Source: Nitrospinales bacterium (lineage in GTDB: Bacteria > Nitrospinota > Nitrospinia > Nitrospinales > VA-1). Taken from it: a DNA stretch of 64,000 nt. The notes under the pieces are model-generated. The model saw only the letters and a program-made list of their open reading frames with translations. It searched no databases and was not told the DNA's origin. Location of the stretch: assembly GCA_965223795.1 (NCBI GenBank), contig CBDCXL010000002.1, positions 2,208,001 through 2,272,000 of the forward strand, given 5' to 3'. Position numbers and translations under genes: made by a program. Numbering within the stretch: the first letter of the stretch is position 1; every line of letters starts with the position of its first letter. Positions 31,989 through 41,611 of this stretch are shown one piece after another.

Positions 31989-32903
31989 ATGAAAATTTTC
32001 CGTCCGCAGCCCACTTCCTCGCATTTTGACATCCTGGACAAGGCCGAAAGCCCCTACAACACCCTGTATGTGATCGAGAACAACCGCACCCGGGAGCTGT
32101 GGTTCAAGGGCGGCGGCCAATTTTTCCTGCAGAGCCGGCTGGATCTGGATGCGCCGGAATCGCTGGCGCTGGTTTATTCGCATTTGATGCTGGCCTCCCT
32201 GCTGTTCCGGCCGGATCCCAAAAAAGTGCTGATGATCGGCCTGGGGGCGGGGGCGGTGAGCCAATGCCTGCACCGCCTGTATCCCAGGGCCCACATCGAC
32301 GTGGTGGAGGTGGACCCGGCGGTGATCGCCTGCGCGAAAAAATACTTTTTTCTAAAGGAAGCCCGCAACTACCAGGTGCACGAAGGGGACGGGCGGATGT
32401 TCATCCAGCGGCAGCGCGGGGAAACGCCCTACGACATCGTTTTACTCGATGCGTTCAAAAGCGGGTCGGTGCCGTATCACCTGAAAACCGGCGAGTTCTA
32501 TCAGGAGATCCGCGACATCCTGCACCCGGAAGGCGTGGTGGTTTCCAATCTCTACGGCAAGAGCAACCGCCTCAAACCCGCCGACTGCCAGACCTTCCTG
32601 TCCGTGTTCGAGCAGGTCCACTGCTTCGAAGACCCCGACCGGGTGGCGACGGCGCTGGTGGCCACGCGCGATTCGCGACGCCGGTCGCAGCACGACCTCG
32701 AACGCGCCGCGCGCACGTTCACTCCCGACCTGCCTTTCTCCATGAAGGCGCTGGCGGCGATGCACAAGGAACCGGGCTGGAAGGATGCCTCGCAGGACGC
32801 GTTCCGCGACGATTTTCCGGCGGGCGGTCTGCACCACGCCGTCGAGCGCAACAACCTCAAGCCGGGGCTTTCGCCGCGCTATCCCATCAAGAGCGTGAGC
32901 TGA
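31989..32903 (+). CDS. Spermidine-synthase-like SAM-dependent transferase
   Basis: LMIGLGAGA, VEVDPAV, GDGR, YDIVLLDAF. Confidence 0.82.
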   Translation: MKIFRPQPTSSHFDILDKAESPYNTLYVIENNRTRELWFKGGGQFFLQSRLDLDAPESLALVYSHLMLASLLFRPDPKKVLMIGLGAGAVSQCLHRLYPRAHIDVVEVDPAVIACAKKYFFLKEARNYQVHEGDGRMFIQRQRGETPYDIVLLDAFKSGSVPYHLKTGEFYQEIRDILHPEGVVVSNLYGKSNRLKPADCQTFLSVFEQVHCFEDPDRVATALVATRDSRRRSQHDLERAARTFTPDLPFSMKALAAMHKEPGWKDASQDAFRDDFPAGGLHHAVERNNLKPGLSPRYPIKSVS

Positions 32904-32918
32904 AGCGGGCGAAGCGTT

Positions 32919-35900
32919 TCACTCACGGACAGCCTGCGCCATGTCTGGAAGGCGGAATACCTCAATGCGGAAGCGTTCCGGGTCGCTGACGAGGAGCCTG
33001 TCTCCGATGACCGCGATCCCGCTCACCTTGCCCCAGCCGCCGTTGTCATGAACCGCAAGCACACGCAGGTGCGTATCGAGGTGCAGGATGCACCCGCCCC
33101 AGTAATCGGCGGCAAACAGGCCGTGCCCGGCGTGGCAGGCGAGGGCGTAGATGTCGCCGCAGTCCGCGGTTTCTTTTTTCAGGCCCGCGATCTCTTTTCC
33201 TTGCGGATCGAACAGCTTGAGGGCGTGCTCTGAGCCGTCACCGATCACGATGCGTCCGTCTTCAAGACAGCAGACGCCCGCCGGGCGATGGAGGCCCCGG
33301 GCCGTAAATTCCCGCACGGGCCGGCCTTCGGTGTCGTAGACGCACACCCGGTCGTGCGCGGGGTCGGGCACCCAGATGCGGTCCGCCGCGTCGATGTCCA
33401 GATCGAACACCGGTCCGAGGGGTTGTCCGGATTCTCCCGCGTCTCCATAGGAAAGCAGGTGCGCGCCGCCGGCGGTGAACTTCTGGATGCGGGTGTTTTT
33501 TTCGTCGGCGATGTGCAGACAGCCTGCGCTGTCGGCGGCGACGGCGATGGGGTATTTGAATTTTCCCGGTGCGTTGCCCCAGCCGCCGAAGTGAAACGCC
33601 AGCGTCGCGTCCGGGTGGAACACGCACATGCGGTGCGACTCGTAATCGGCGGCGATCCAGCCGCCGCTAGGATGTGCAGCGATCCCGTAGGCCTGAAGCG
33701 GATGCCCGGAGCGGGAGCCGGTGTTGCCGAACGCAAACAACGGCGCAGATTGCAGCGATCCCGGGGCGCCGGAAGCCGGTACGCCCGCGTGCATCGCGAT
33801 CGCGTCCTGCAGTTTGTGCACGCGCTGACGGTTTTTGAGCAGCCGGTTCAGCCGCGCCTCGCCGATCTCCAGTTCGACCTGCTCTGCCGCGAGCCGGTCC
33901 CTTAACTCGATAGCACGGTCGATGTCGGGGGCGATTTGATCCGCGTTCTGGTTGTCCATTTCGCCATTGAGGCCGGAGATGGCAAAACTCAGTGCTTTCC
34001 TCCGCGCGCGCGCCGCTGCGGTTTTTGCTGCAAGCTCCGAGGCCAGGGCGTTGAGCGCATCGATCCAGGACGCGTTGGCGGCGGCGTCCGCAAGTGTGAG
34101 GAGCAGCGCGCCGCCCTGGATCAGCCGGTTCAAGGTGCGGGCTTCGTTGATTTCCAGCGTCAGCGCCATGCGCCGCAGCAGACCGATCTGAAATTGCACC
34201 ACGTCCTGGTTGTGCTGCTGCGTGATCGGCGCTTTTTTGTCCTGCGGGTTGAAGCCGCGGCTCAGAGCGTCGGTGCGGTTTTTTTCGAGGCGCAATGTCT
34301 TTAGCTGATCGAGAATCCCGCCGTGTTTCTCGTCGTAGGTGTGTTGCTCCCGGAGGATGGCTGTCACCTGGCTTAAAAGTTCCGCTTGCACACGGGCGGC
34401 GTCTTTGAGCGAAACGGTCTCTCCCGCACACAGAATGCTTTCTTTTTGAACCGCAAGCGGCATCGCTTCGATGAGCCCGGCGCGGGCCGTTTCGGCGAGG
34501 TCGAGCGCCTCCGAATCGAAGGGCACCGGCACAAGATCCTCGATCGTCAGCTCGCGCACGGCGGGCGGTTCCGCCACTTGAAAACCGGCGATCCAGGCTT
34601 GCACGCAGTTTTTGATCTCGATTTCGAGTGGCCGGTGGAAATTCCAGTCCTCCTGAAAGCCGAGCAGGATTTTGTGCAGGTGCTCCGCAGCCGGATGATC
34701 GATGAAGCAGCGGCTCAATGTGCTTTGCACAGCCGCGTGCTTTGGGTGCGTCCGCGCCGCCGCCTGGAAGGCGGCCATGCAGGCGCGCATTTCGAAATGC
34801 AGCTGGCGGATCACATCGAGGATGCGCAGGTTGCTGGCGGCGAGGATGAGAAACGGTTCCCATTTGCCGCCGGGATCGTTCATTTCGCTGAACGAGCGCA
34901 CCATCGTCTCTTCCTGGGTTTCCTTGGTTTCGAGCAGGTGAAGCAGGCTCGCGCACAGCGTCTGCCAGTTCGATTCGAGGGCGGCGAGCCCGCGCTCGCG
35001 GCACTCGGGCGCGTCGAGTGCGCACAGGTTCTGCGCGAACTCTGTGAAATTCCGTGTGGCGTCGCGGTGCACGAAAAACAGGCGGCGCAATTTGCGGAAC
35101 AGGGTCTTGTCGCGTTCTTCCGCAGCGTATAATTCTTTATCGAAAGTGCGGGGGTCCTCGCCACTGGCGAGGACGCGCTTCTGCTCCGCAAACAGGCGGC
35201 GGTTGTGGTCGAGCGCCGCCTGCTCCCATTCCAGGTGCGTTTCCAAAAGGTTCCGGCGGGCGGCCTGCTGCACAGACTGAACCGTTTTCAGTGCGGCGAG
35301 GAGCGCATCGGTGTTCTGCGGATCGTTGTGTTCCCGCGCCAGACGGCTGAAGCTGAGATGGCCGGCGAGGGGACCGTTGACACCGGCAGATGGATTTTCC
35401 CGGGTCAAACGGATCGCGGCCTCCCGGTGCGTGGCGAGCGCCGCGGCCGGATCACCGGACTGCTCTTCAAGTTGTGCCTTGTGCTGGAGAAGGCCGGTGT
35501 CCTCCGGACGGGCGCGGATCGCGGCCTCAAGAAGATCCCGTTCCGCAGCATGCGGCATCTCGAATTCGAACACCGCCGTGTCGAAGGTGAGGCTCAGTAA
35601 AAGCGAGCCATCCGGTGTGAAGGCGGCCAGGTTGGGCGCCTGCAGGTCCTGCGGTTTTTCGCGCTGGCTGCATTCAAACAGAAACGCCCCGGTGGATGTG
35701 AAGGCCTGCACCCGGTTGTTGTTGAGATCGGTGGCGCACACCACGCCGTTGGGCGCGACGGCGACGGATTGCGGGTACTGGAAGCAGCCGGGGCCCGCGC
35801 CGCGTTCGCCGAAACTGAAACGCCGCCGCCACCGGGCGTCGAACCGGACGACGCGGTGGTTGCCGCTGTCGGCGATGAGCCAGCCGCCGTCCTGCGCGGC

Positions 35901-36473
35901 GGCGATGGAAGTGGGAAATTCGAAGCCCGGTCCCGAGAACAGGTGCGACGGGGTTTCGTAAATCGCCGCCAGTTCTTCCTCCAGCACGGAGCCGCGGTTG
36001 CCGATCCAGCCCAGCGAGACGCCAGCCGCATCGAAGATCTGGATGCGGTGGTTGTAGCGTTCGACGACGAGCAGCCGGCCTTGCGCATCGACCGCCACGT
36101 CGAACGGTTCGTTGAGCTGCCCTTTGGCGTCGCCGCAGCCGCCGAGCGATTGGAGATGGCGGCCGTCCGCGTCGAATTTCTGCACCCGGTGGTTCCAGCT
36201 GTCGGCGACGTAGATGTTTCCCTCCGCATCGACGGCACAGCCTTTGGGGTAATGAAACTGGCCGGGGCCCTTGCCCTTTTCACCAAACTGGGCGACGCAG
36301 TTTCCGTCCGCATCGTAGATCTGAATCCTGTGGTTGAAATCGTCGGCCAGGATCAGGTGGCTGTCGCGTGTGAAGGCGAAACCGGAAGGCGGCGAAAGGC
36401 TGTTGTCCTGCGCAGCCGCTTTGGCGGAACGCGCTTTTGCATCGCATGCCGGGCAGGGACAAAGATGAAGCAT
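32919..36473 (-). CDS. Large NHL-repeat protein (two NHL regions around a helical core)
   Basis: Repeated F.YP...VADS.NHR.Q.F units at N- and C-termini; long helical middle. Confidence 0.85.
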   Translation of the reverse strand: MLHLCPCPACDAKARSAKAAAQDNSLSPPSGFAFTRDSHLILADDFNHRIQIYDADGNCVAQFGEKGKGPGQFHYPKGCAVDAEGNIYVADSWNHRVQKFDADGRHLQSLGGCGDAKGQLNEPFDVAVDAQGRLLVVERYNHRIQIFDAAGVSLGWIGNRGSVLEEELAAIYETPSHLFSGPGFEFPTSIAAAQDGGWLIADSGNHRVVRFDARWRRRFSFGERGAGPGCFQYPQSVAVAPNGVVCATDLNNNRVQAFTSTGAFLFECSQREKPQDLQAPNLAAFTPDGSLLLSLTFDTAVFEFEMPHAAERDLLEAAIRARPEDTGLLQHKAQLEEQSGDPAAALATHREAAIRLTRENPSAGVNGPLAGHLSFSRLAREHNDPQNTDALLAALKTVQSVQQAARRNLLETHLEWEQAALDHNRRLFAEQKRVLASGEDPRTFDKELYAAEERDKTLFRKLRRLFFVHRDATRNFTEFAQNLCALDAPECRERGLAALESNWQTLCASLLHLLETKETQEETMVRSFSEMNDPGGKWEPFLILAASNLRILDVIRQLHFEMRACMAAFQAAARTHPKHAAVQSTLSRCFIDHPAAEHLHKILLGFQEDWNFHRPLEIEIKNCVQAWIAGFQVAEPPAVRELTIEDLVPVPFDSEALDLAETARAGLIEAMPLAVQKESILCAGETVSLKDAARVQAELLSQVTAILREQHTYDEKHGGILDQLKTLRLEKNRTDALSRGFNPQDKKAPITQQHNQDVVQFQIGLLRRMALTLEINEARTLNRLIQGGALLLTLADAAANASWIDALNALASELAAKTAAARARRKALSFAISGLNGEMDNQNADQIAPDIDRAIELRDRLAAEQVELEIGEARLNRLLKNRQRVHKLQDAIAMHAGVPASGAPGSLQSAPLFAFGNTGSRSGHPLQAYGIAAHPSGGWIAADYESHRMCVFHPDATLAFHFGGWGNAPGKFKYPIAVAADSAGCLHIADEKNTRIQKFTAGGAHLLSYGDAGESGQPLGPVFDLDIDAADRIWVPDPAHDRVCVYDTEGRPVREFTARGLHRPAGVCCLEDGRIVIGDGSEHALKLFDPQGKEIAGLKKETADCGDIYALACHAGHGLFAADYWGGCILHLDTHLRVLAVHDNGGWGKVSGIAVIGDRLLVSDPERFRIEVFRLPDMAQAVRE

Positions 36474-36633
36474 CGTTTTCGGCGGCGGTTCCCGAGGCGG
36501 GTTTCATGGAGGGCGGAGGTTCGTGTGCGTTGTTCACATGACGCGGGCATTAAATCACAAACAGGGGGTGAACTCAATGCCCGTGGATTTTCTTTTTTGC
36601 CGTGCTTTTACAGTCTGAGTCCACACGCGCGGA

Positions 36634-37602
36634 TCAACGAGTGAGGACCCATTTTGCGATCTCACGATCGTTGACCGTGCGGGTTTTCTGGATGCGGTGG
36701 CGGCGCAGCAGCATGGGAAAGAGCTGTCTCAGCGCCGCGAGCTTGGACTTGAGCAGGACGAGGCCCTGACCGCGGTAGGTGAAGTAGCGGATGTCCTTGA
36801 GCTGGTGCTTGAGGATGAGGAGGCAGTGCCTGAAAACCATCGCGAGCGACATGGTTTTGATGAGCACGAACAGGTCGTTGCGCTTGCACAGATAAATATA
36901 ACGGTCGCTGTACAGCCCGACGGTGGCGGTGCCGATGTGGTACACCTTCGCTTCGGGCAGGTAGACCGCCTCGAAGCCGCGCAGCTGGCTGCGCATGTTG
37001 AGATCGACGTCCTCGGCGAAGATGAAAAAATCCTCGTCGAACAGTCCGACCGTGTCGAACAGTTCCCGCCGGTAGATGCCGGCGCCGGCGCAGGCGCCGA
37101 ACACGTATTCTTCCTCGTCGTACTGGCCCACGTCCTTTTCGCCCTGGCCGCGCCCGCCGCCCGAGGACCAGGCGTGGAACAGATCGCCGGTGTTGTAGAA
37201 CGTGTCGCGCTGGTCGAGAAACATCATCTTGGTGGTGCCCATGCCGCACTCGGGGTGCCGTTCCATGCCTTCGTAAAGCTTTTCGATCCAGTCCGGCTCG
37301 ACCTCGATGTCGTTGTTGAGCAGGCAGATGTATTTTCCTTTCGACGCCTCGATGCCGCGGTTGCAGGCGGTGGCGAAGCCGAGGTTTTCCGGAAGCTTGA
37401 CCAGCCGTACCCAGGGGTAGTCGCTTTCTATGAGTTCGCGCGAGCCGTCGCTGGAGCCGTTGTCCACCACGATCACTTCGTGGCTGGCAAACGTGGATTG
37501 TTTGAGCGAGTCCAGGCACATGCCGACGAAGCGCAGACCGTTCCAGTTGGGAATGATGACGCTGACCTGGACGGCGGGCCGGGAGCCGGGAACGGGATTC
37601 AC
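36634..37602 (-). CDS. Glycosyltransferase family 2 (WbbL-like)
   Basis: VIIPNWNG, VVDNGSSDGS, NLGFA, LLNND, FDEDFFIFAEDVD; GTG start overlaps upstream TGA. Confidence 0.92.
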   Translation of the reverse strand: MNPVPGSRPAVQVSVIIPNWNGLRFVGMCLDSLKQSTFASHEVIVVDNGSSDGSRELIESDYPWVRLVKLPENLGFATACNRGIEASKGKYICLLNNDIEVEPDWIEKLYEGMERHPECGMGTTKMMFLDQRDTFYNTGDLFHAWSSGGGRGQGEKDVGQYDEEEYVFGACAGAGIYRRELFDTVGLFDEDFFIFAEDVDLNMRSQLRGFEAVYLPEAKVYHIGTATVGLYSDRYIYLCKRNDLFVLIKTMSLAMVFRHCLLILKHQLKDIRYFTYRGQGLVLLKSKLAALRQLFPMLLRRHRIQKTRTVNDREIAKWVLTR

Positions 37603-40016
37603 GCATCGCCTCCCGTTTTCTGGGTGAGCGGGGTTGCGGACGCTTCCCGGGCTTCGATCAGAAGGTTGCGGGCGCCTGTGTGCAGCGGATCGAGCCTCAG
37701 GCACCGCTCGGCGAACTGCTGCCGGCTTTCCATGCCGGAAAGGCGGGCGCGGCGGAACCAGGCGGCGGCGCGGGTGCGGATGTGGCGGCTGCTGCGTTCG
37801 GTCACGGCCTTGAACAGCAGGTAGGCGTTTTCCAGATCGCCTTCCCGTTCCAGGGCCGAGGCCTTGGCGTACAGGAGCAGCAGGTTTTCCGGATCGCGGT
37901 TCAGGTAGTGATCGAGTGTCGCCGATTCCGGGCGCTGGGCGGCGTCCAGAGCGGCGATGGCGTTCGCCACGCGGGTTTCCAGCCACTCGCGGTCGAGTTT
38001 GCCCGGCGTGGTCGCGGCTTCGGCGAACAGACGCATGAGCTGTTCCCGTTCTTTCAGGCGGGTGAGCGATTCGATCAGCTCTTCCCAGCAGTCGTGCCGA
38101 GCGGGATGCTGGGTGCGGAACCATTCGAATTCCTGCACGGCCGCGCGGTGCAGGCCGCGCCGCTTGAGGACCAGGCCTTTCACAAACACGGCTTCGTCGC
38201 TGGCACCGAAACGGGTGGTTTCCTCCTGCACCCGCTGCGCGGCATCGTCGAAACGGCCGAGCCGGGCGCACTGCTTCGCCAGCAGCAGGCGCACGTTCAG
38301 ACGGCCGGGGTCCAGGCGCGCAGCGCTCTCGAACACCCAGGCGGCGCGTTCCGGCTGTCCGAGCTGCGCGTACAGTTCGCCGAGGTAGATGAGGCCCGCG
38401 ACGTCGGTGGGGTTGAGCCGGATCAGCTTTCTGCATTCCTTGAGCGCGGTGTGGATGCGGCCGCGATCGCGGTCGGTCTTGTCCACATCCGGTGCGTGCC
38501 AGTCGCTTGCGGTGAGGCGGTCGAGGAGCTTCATCTTCTCCTGCCAGGGCAGGGCGAGGGGATTCTGCGGCACGGCGTTCACGGCCTTGAGCCGGTACAC
38601 CGGGTAGCGGGCAAGCAGCACTTTGACCGGTTCGTATTGCAGCCCGGTCACTTCTTCCAGCACGGCGAGATTGAGGTCGGTGAAGGTTTTGACGAGCGTG
38701 TGCGGCTGGTGGCGGATCAACCCGCCGATCACGCCGTCGAAGTAGCCTTCGAGAGCGCGGTCGTTCCAGGGACGGATGCAGTGGTGCAGGTAGTTGTCCG
38801 CCGCCGGGCAATCGGTGAGATGATACAGCTGGGAAAACGTGCCCCAGACAAACAGGCGTCCGCCGCTCTCGCCGCGCATGCGGATCCAGCGCTTGAGGAT
38901 TTTCGCCACGCGCGGCAGATACAGGTACTGATCGAATTTTTCGTACTGCGCCAGGGTTTCCACATCCAGCGGGCGGCGGTAAAAGAAAAACAGGCGCGCG
39001 ACGTTCCAGATGAGCAGGGCCAAAAATCCCAGGAACAGCGCCGTGGCCGGGATGTTGTCGGCCTTCAGCACCCAGTCCATGGCAAACCCGCTCATCAGCG
39101 CCAGCCATCCGACCAGCGGCAGGTAATGGTAACGGGAAAATCCGCGCTGGCAGAAGATCATGATCCCGGTCACGGCCGTGAACGCTCCGGTCCACACGGC
39201 GTGCGGTCCTAATAGCGAGAGCAGGAACCCGATGCTTCCGGCGATCACAACGGGCAGGGTCTGCATGATGAGGCGGCGCATTTCGGATGGCAGGTGAAAG
39301 TGCATGGCCTTGGTGCGGGTCAGTCTCAGGGTGGTCGCCATGCGCGTGCGCATCTGCCGGCGCGAGGCCGCATCCCAGAAGCCGTAAAACGCGTCCACAC
39401 CGTTGGACAGCACGACGGGCAGCGCCGCGCCGAGGACGAACGGCAGCAGGGCGGGCGCGCCGAATTGCAGTCCGACGACGGGCGTCAGCACGGCCGCGTA
39501 CAGGCCGGTGGTGAACTTGGGGATGGTGGCGAGGCCGAAGCAGAACCCGGCCGCAAAAAGCCAGTCCGGCCCCAGGGCCAGCAGGGTGAAGCCGAGCAGG
39601 ACGGCGGGGATGTAGAACTGTTCGTGGTTGAACGATCCGGCGGTGAGGTCGGGCGAGGTGCCGTAAAACGCGTGCAGGGAACCCGCCGCCAGCGCCGCCC
39701 AGGGATTGTGGGTGAGCGCGGACGCCGCGAAATAGACGATGAGGGAGGTGCCCACATGAAACGCCGTCTGCAAATTGCGGATGCGTTGCACACCGTCTTC
39801 GGGACTGCCGTAGATCCTGTCGGTGAGTCCCATCCGCCACATGGGGATGCCGATGATCTGCAGGTCCTTTTTCCATTGCAAGCCCAAATGAGCGAACCGG
39901 GCCCGGTAGGTGTAGATGGCGAAATCGTCGTCCATCGGGAAATGCTGGAACGGCCTGCGGGCGAGCAGGCCGATGAGCGCGATGCAGCTTGTGAAAAAGA
40001 GATCGAGTGTGTTCAT
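37599..40016 (-). CDS. Multi-TM GT-C-like protein with C-terminal TPR repeats
   Basis: MDDDF acidic motif after first TM, many TM segments, then TPR-like helical region; start MNTLDLFF. Confidence 0.72.
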   Translation of the reverse strand: MNTLDLFFTSCIALIGLLARRPFQHFPMDDDFAIYTYRARFAHLGLQWKKDLQIIGIPMWRMGLTDRIYGSPEDGVQRIRNLQTAFHVGTSLIVYFAASALTHNPWAALAAGSLHAFYGTSPDLTAGSFNHEQFYIPAVLLGFTLLALGPDWLFAAGFCFGLATIPKFTTGLYAAVLTPVVGLQFGAPALLPFVLGAALPVVLSNGVDAFYGFWDAASRRQMRTRMATTLRLTRTKAMHFHLPSEMRRLIMQTLPVVIAGSIGFLLSLLGPHAVWTGAFTAVTGIMIFCQRGFSRYHYLPLVGWLALMSGFAMDWVLKADNIPATALFLGFLALLIWNVARLFFFYRRPLDVETLAQYEKFDQYLYLPRVAKILKRWIRMRGESGGRLFVWGTFSQLYHLTDCPAADNYLHHCIRPWNDRALEGYFDGVIGGLIRHQPHTLVKTFTDLNLAVLEEVTGLQYEPVKVLLARYPVYRLKAVNAVPQNPLALPWQEKMKLLDRLTASDWHAPDVDKTDRDRGRIHTALKECRKLIRLNPTDVAGLIYLGELYAQLGQPERAAWVFESAARLDPGRLNVRLLLAKQCARLGRFDDAAQRVQEETTRFGASDEAVFVKGLVLKRRGLHRAAVQEFEWFRTQHPARHDCWEELIESLTRLKEREQLMRLFAEAATTPGKLDREWLETRVANAIAALDAAQRPESATLDHYLNRDPENLLLLYAKASALEREGDLENAYLLFKAVTERSSRHIRTRAAAWFRRARLSGMESRQQFAERCLRLDPLHTGARNLLIEAREASATPLTQKTGGDA

Positions 40017-40317
40017 GCGGAGCGGGGAGAAGGTTGATGGATCGAATCCGGCCGAAAACGGTCCGCAACCCGACTCGCGCAGAGTCAGGCCGGAACGCCA
40101 CACACTCTGATCGGAAAATCCGGCCCTTTGCTTTAGCGAAAAGCGGTTCGAATGAGTTGTAACGCCTTAAATATCAATATTATATTTTGAAAGTGGCGGT
40201 AAGTGTAAGAGTTTTGGGAAAGGAAGGGGAGCAAATGCATCGGTCATGAACTTGAAGTGGTATCCGAAACGGTTGCTGTATAAAATTTTTTAGGGAACAA
40301 TCTTCTGCTACCAGCAA

Positions 40318-40743
40318 TCAATGGTGACTTCTGCAATCACATAAATGCATGCTGTCCTTTGCAGGCCACAGGGACCAAGTTTCGTAGAGGGATTTGAACC
40401 ACAAACAATATTCTCGAGTGTCCTCAAAGCGGAACCAGAAGGACTCGGTCATCTTTCCATCTCTGTAAATTTTCACCAAATGCCGATCATTGCGGCTCAA
40501 ATCTGGATACTGAGTGCTTGCATCCGTTTGTGTTTTTATGACGGGACCCTGATCGATCTGTACCGCCCAGTTTATTTGTGGTTCTGAAAGCTCCAAACCA
40601 CGCGCTTGTCGCAATTTATTGGAAATGGCTGCTGGACCAATGCAGATTGATCCTGCATCCGTTTGCACAGAAGAATAAAGCGGAGTGAAAAACACCATTC
40701 CGCTTACAGCGAGAAAAAACGACAGAGATCGCACGATGTTCAT
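40318..40743 (-). CDS. Hypothetical exported protein (AT-richer)
   Basis: MNIVRSLSFFLAVSGMVFF signal-like; ATG overlaps stop of 40740..41036 (ATGA). Confidence 0.6.
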   Translation of the reverse strand: MNIVRSLSFFLAVSGMVFFTPLYSSVQTDAGSICIGPAAISNKLRQARGLELSEPQINWAVQIDQGPVIKTQTDASTQYPDLSRNDRHLVKIYRDGKMTESFWFRFEDTREYCLWFKSLYETWSLWPAKDSMHLCDCRSHH

Positions 40744-41036
40744 ATGCTGTTTGCCACGGCGACGATGGAAAAGCCATTGAAGCTTTGTCCCACCAGTTCC
40801 CTCAGGAAAAAAATGGCGCACGCGATGCTCCAGCAAAAGCTGACGGACTGAATGAGCAACGCATAGTCCATCACGTTTTTTCCAATTGCGCCGAGTCCGA
40901 ATCCGATGATGAACCCGATCACGCCGCCGCCGACAACACCGAACAGCGTGGTTCTCCAGAACCACCACCAGAATACCTGTAGCGTCATTCCCCAGGTCAC
41001 ATCCAACGAGGGTTTCCTTTGAATATTCGCTTGCAT
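40740..41036 (-). CDS. Small membrane protein
   Basis: GGAGGAGG RBS; FWWWFWRT then two hydrophobic segments. Confidence 0.7.
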   Translation of the reverse strand: MQANIQRKPSLDVTWGMTLQVFWWWFWRTTLFGVVGGGVIGFIIGFGLGAIGKNVMDYALLIQSVSFCWSIACAIFFLRELVGQSFNGFSIVAVANSI

Positions 41037-41252
41037 TTGATTTTCCTCCTCCAGTCCGGTTTATTGATTCGGCCGTTTCGAATATCTATTAATAAAGCAA
41101 TCCCTGTGCCATGACACGACCCTTGAAAAACCGCGCGTTTTTCACAATGGCTTGAAAAACCATGCAAAAAGTGTGACAAATTTAGCTCGTCAAACTGTCG
41201 TTGTCATCGGTGCCCTTTCGTAAAGAAAGGCTCGTATTGCGATGGATTTGTT

Positions 41253-41600
41253 TCAGGGAATCTTGAGCAGCAGCAATTGCGGAAACGTCATCAGGGTCAA
41301 GAGGGATGTGATGAGCAGGCAGAGGTAGACGAGACGCGGTTCCTGGTCGAGCAGCCAGCGGTGCGCCCATCGCGCTGCGATGAGGCCTGTGGCAAAGAAC
41401 AGGATTGCCGCAAACGCGAAGGCGGCGAGGAAGGTGCGGCTTTGGATGAGCTCGCGGTTGTTTTCGAAATTCAGGAAGGTCAGCGCGATGAGGCTGGTCG
41501 CCAGCAGCAGCAGAAACGTCAGCCAGCCGATGCAAAGCCCCGCGATGCGTGCGGCCCAGCGGGGTGAAGCGGTTTGTCCGGAGCCGTTGTTCTCATGCAT
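41253..41600 (-). CDS. Small membrane protein (about 3 TM)
   Basis: Three hydrophobic segments, starts 11 nt after GT2 stop. Confidence 0.65.
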   Translation of the reverse strand: MHENNGSGQTASPRWAARIAGLCIGWLTFLLLLATSLIALTFLNFENNRELIQSRTFLAAFAFAAILFFATGLIAARWAHRWLLDQEPRLVYLCLLITSLLTLMTFPQLLLLKIP

Positions 41601-41611
41601 CGTTCATGAGG

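Noticed and set aside
36634..40101. 1155-aa ORF as one protein
   Set aside because: The part upstream of 37602 is an Arg/Pro-rich alternative frame over the real 37599..40016 gene; the GT2 starts at GTG 37602
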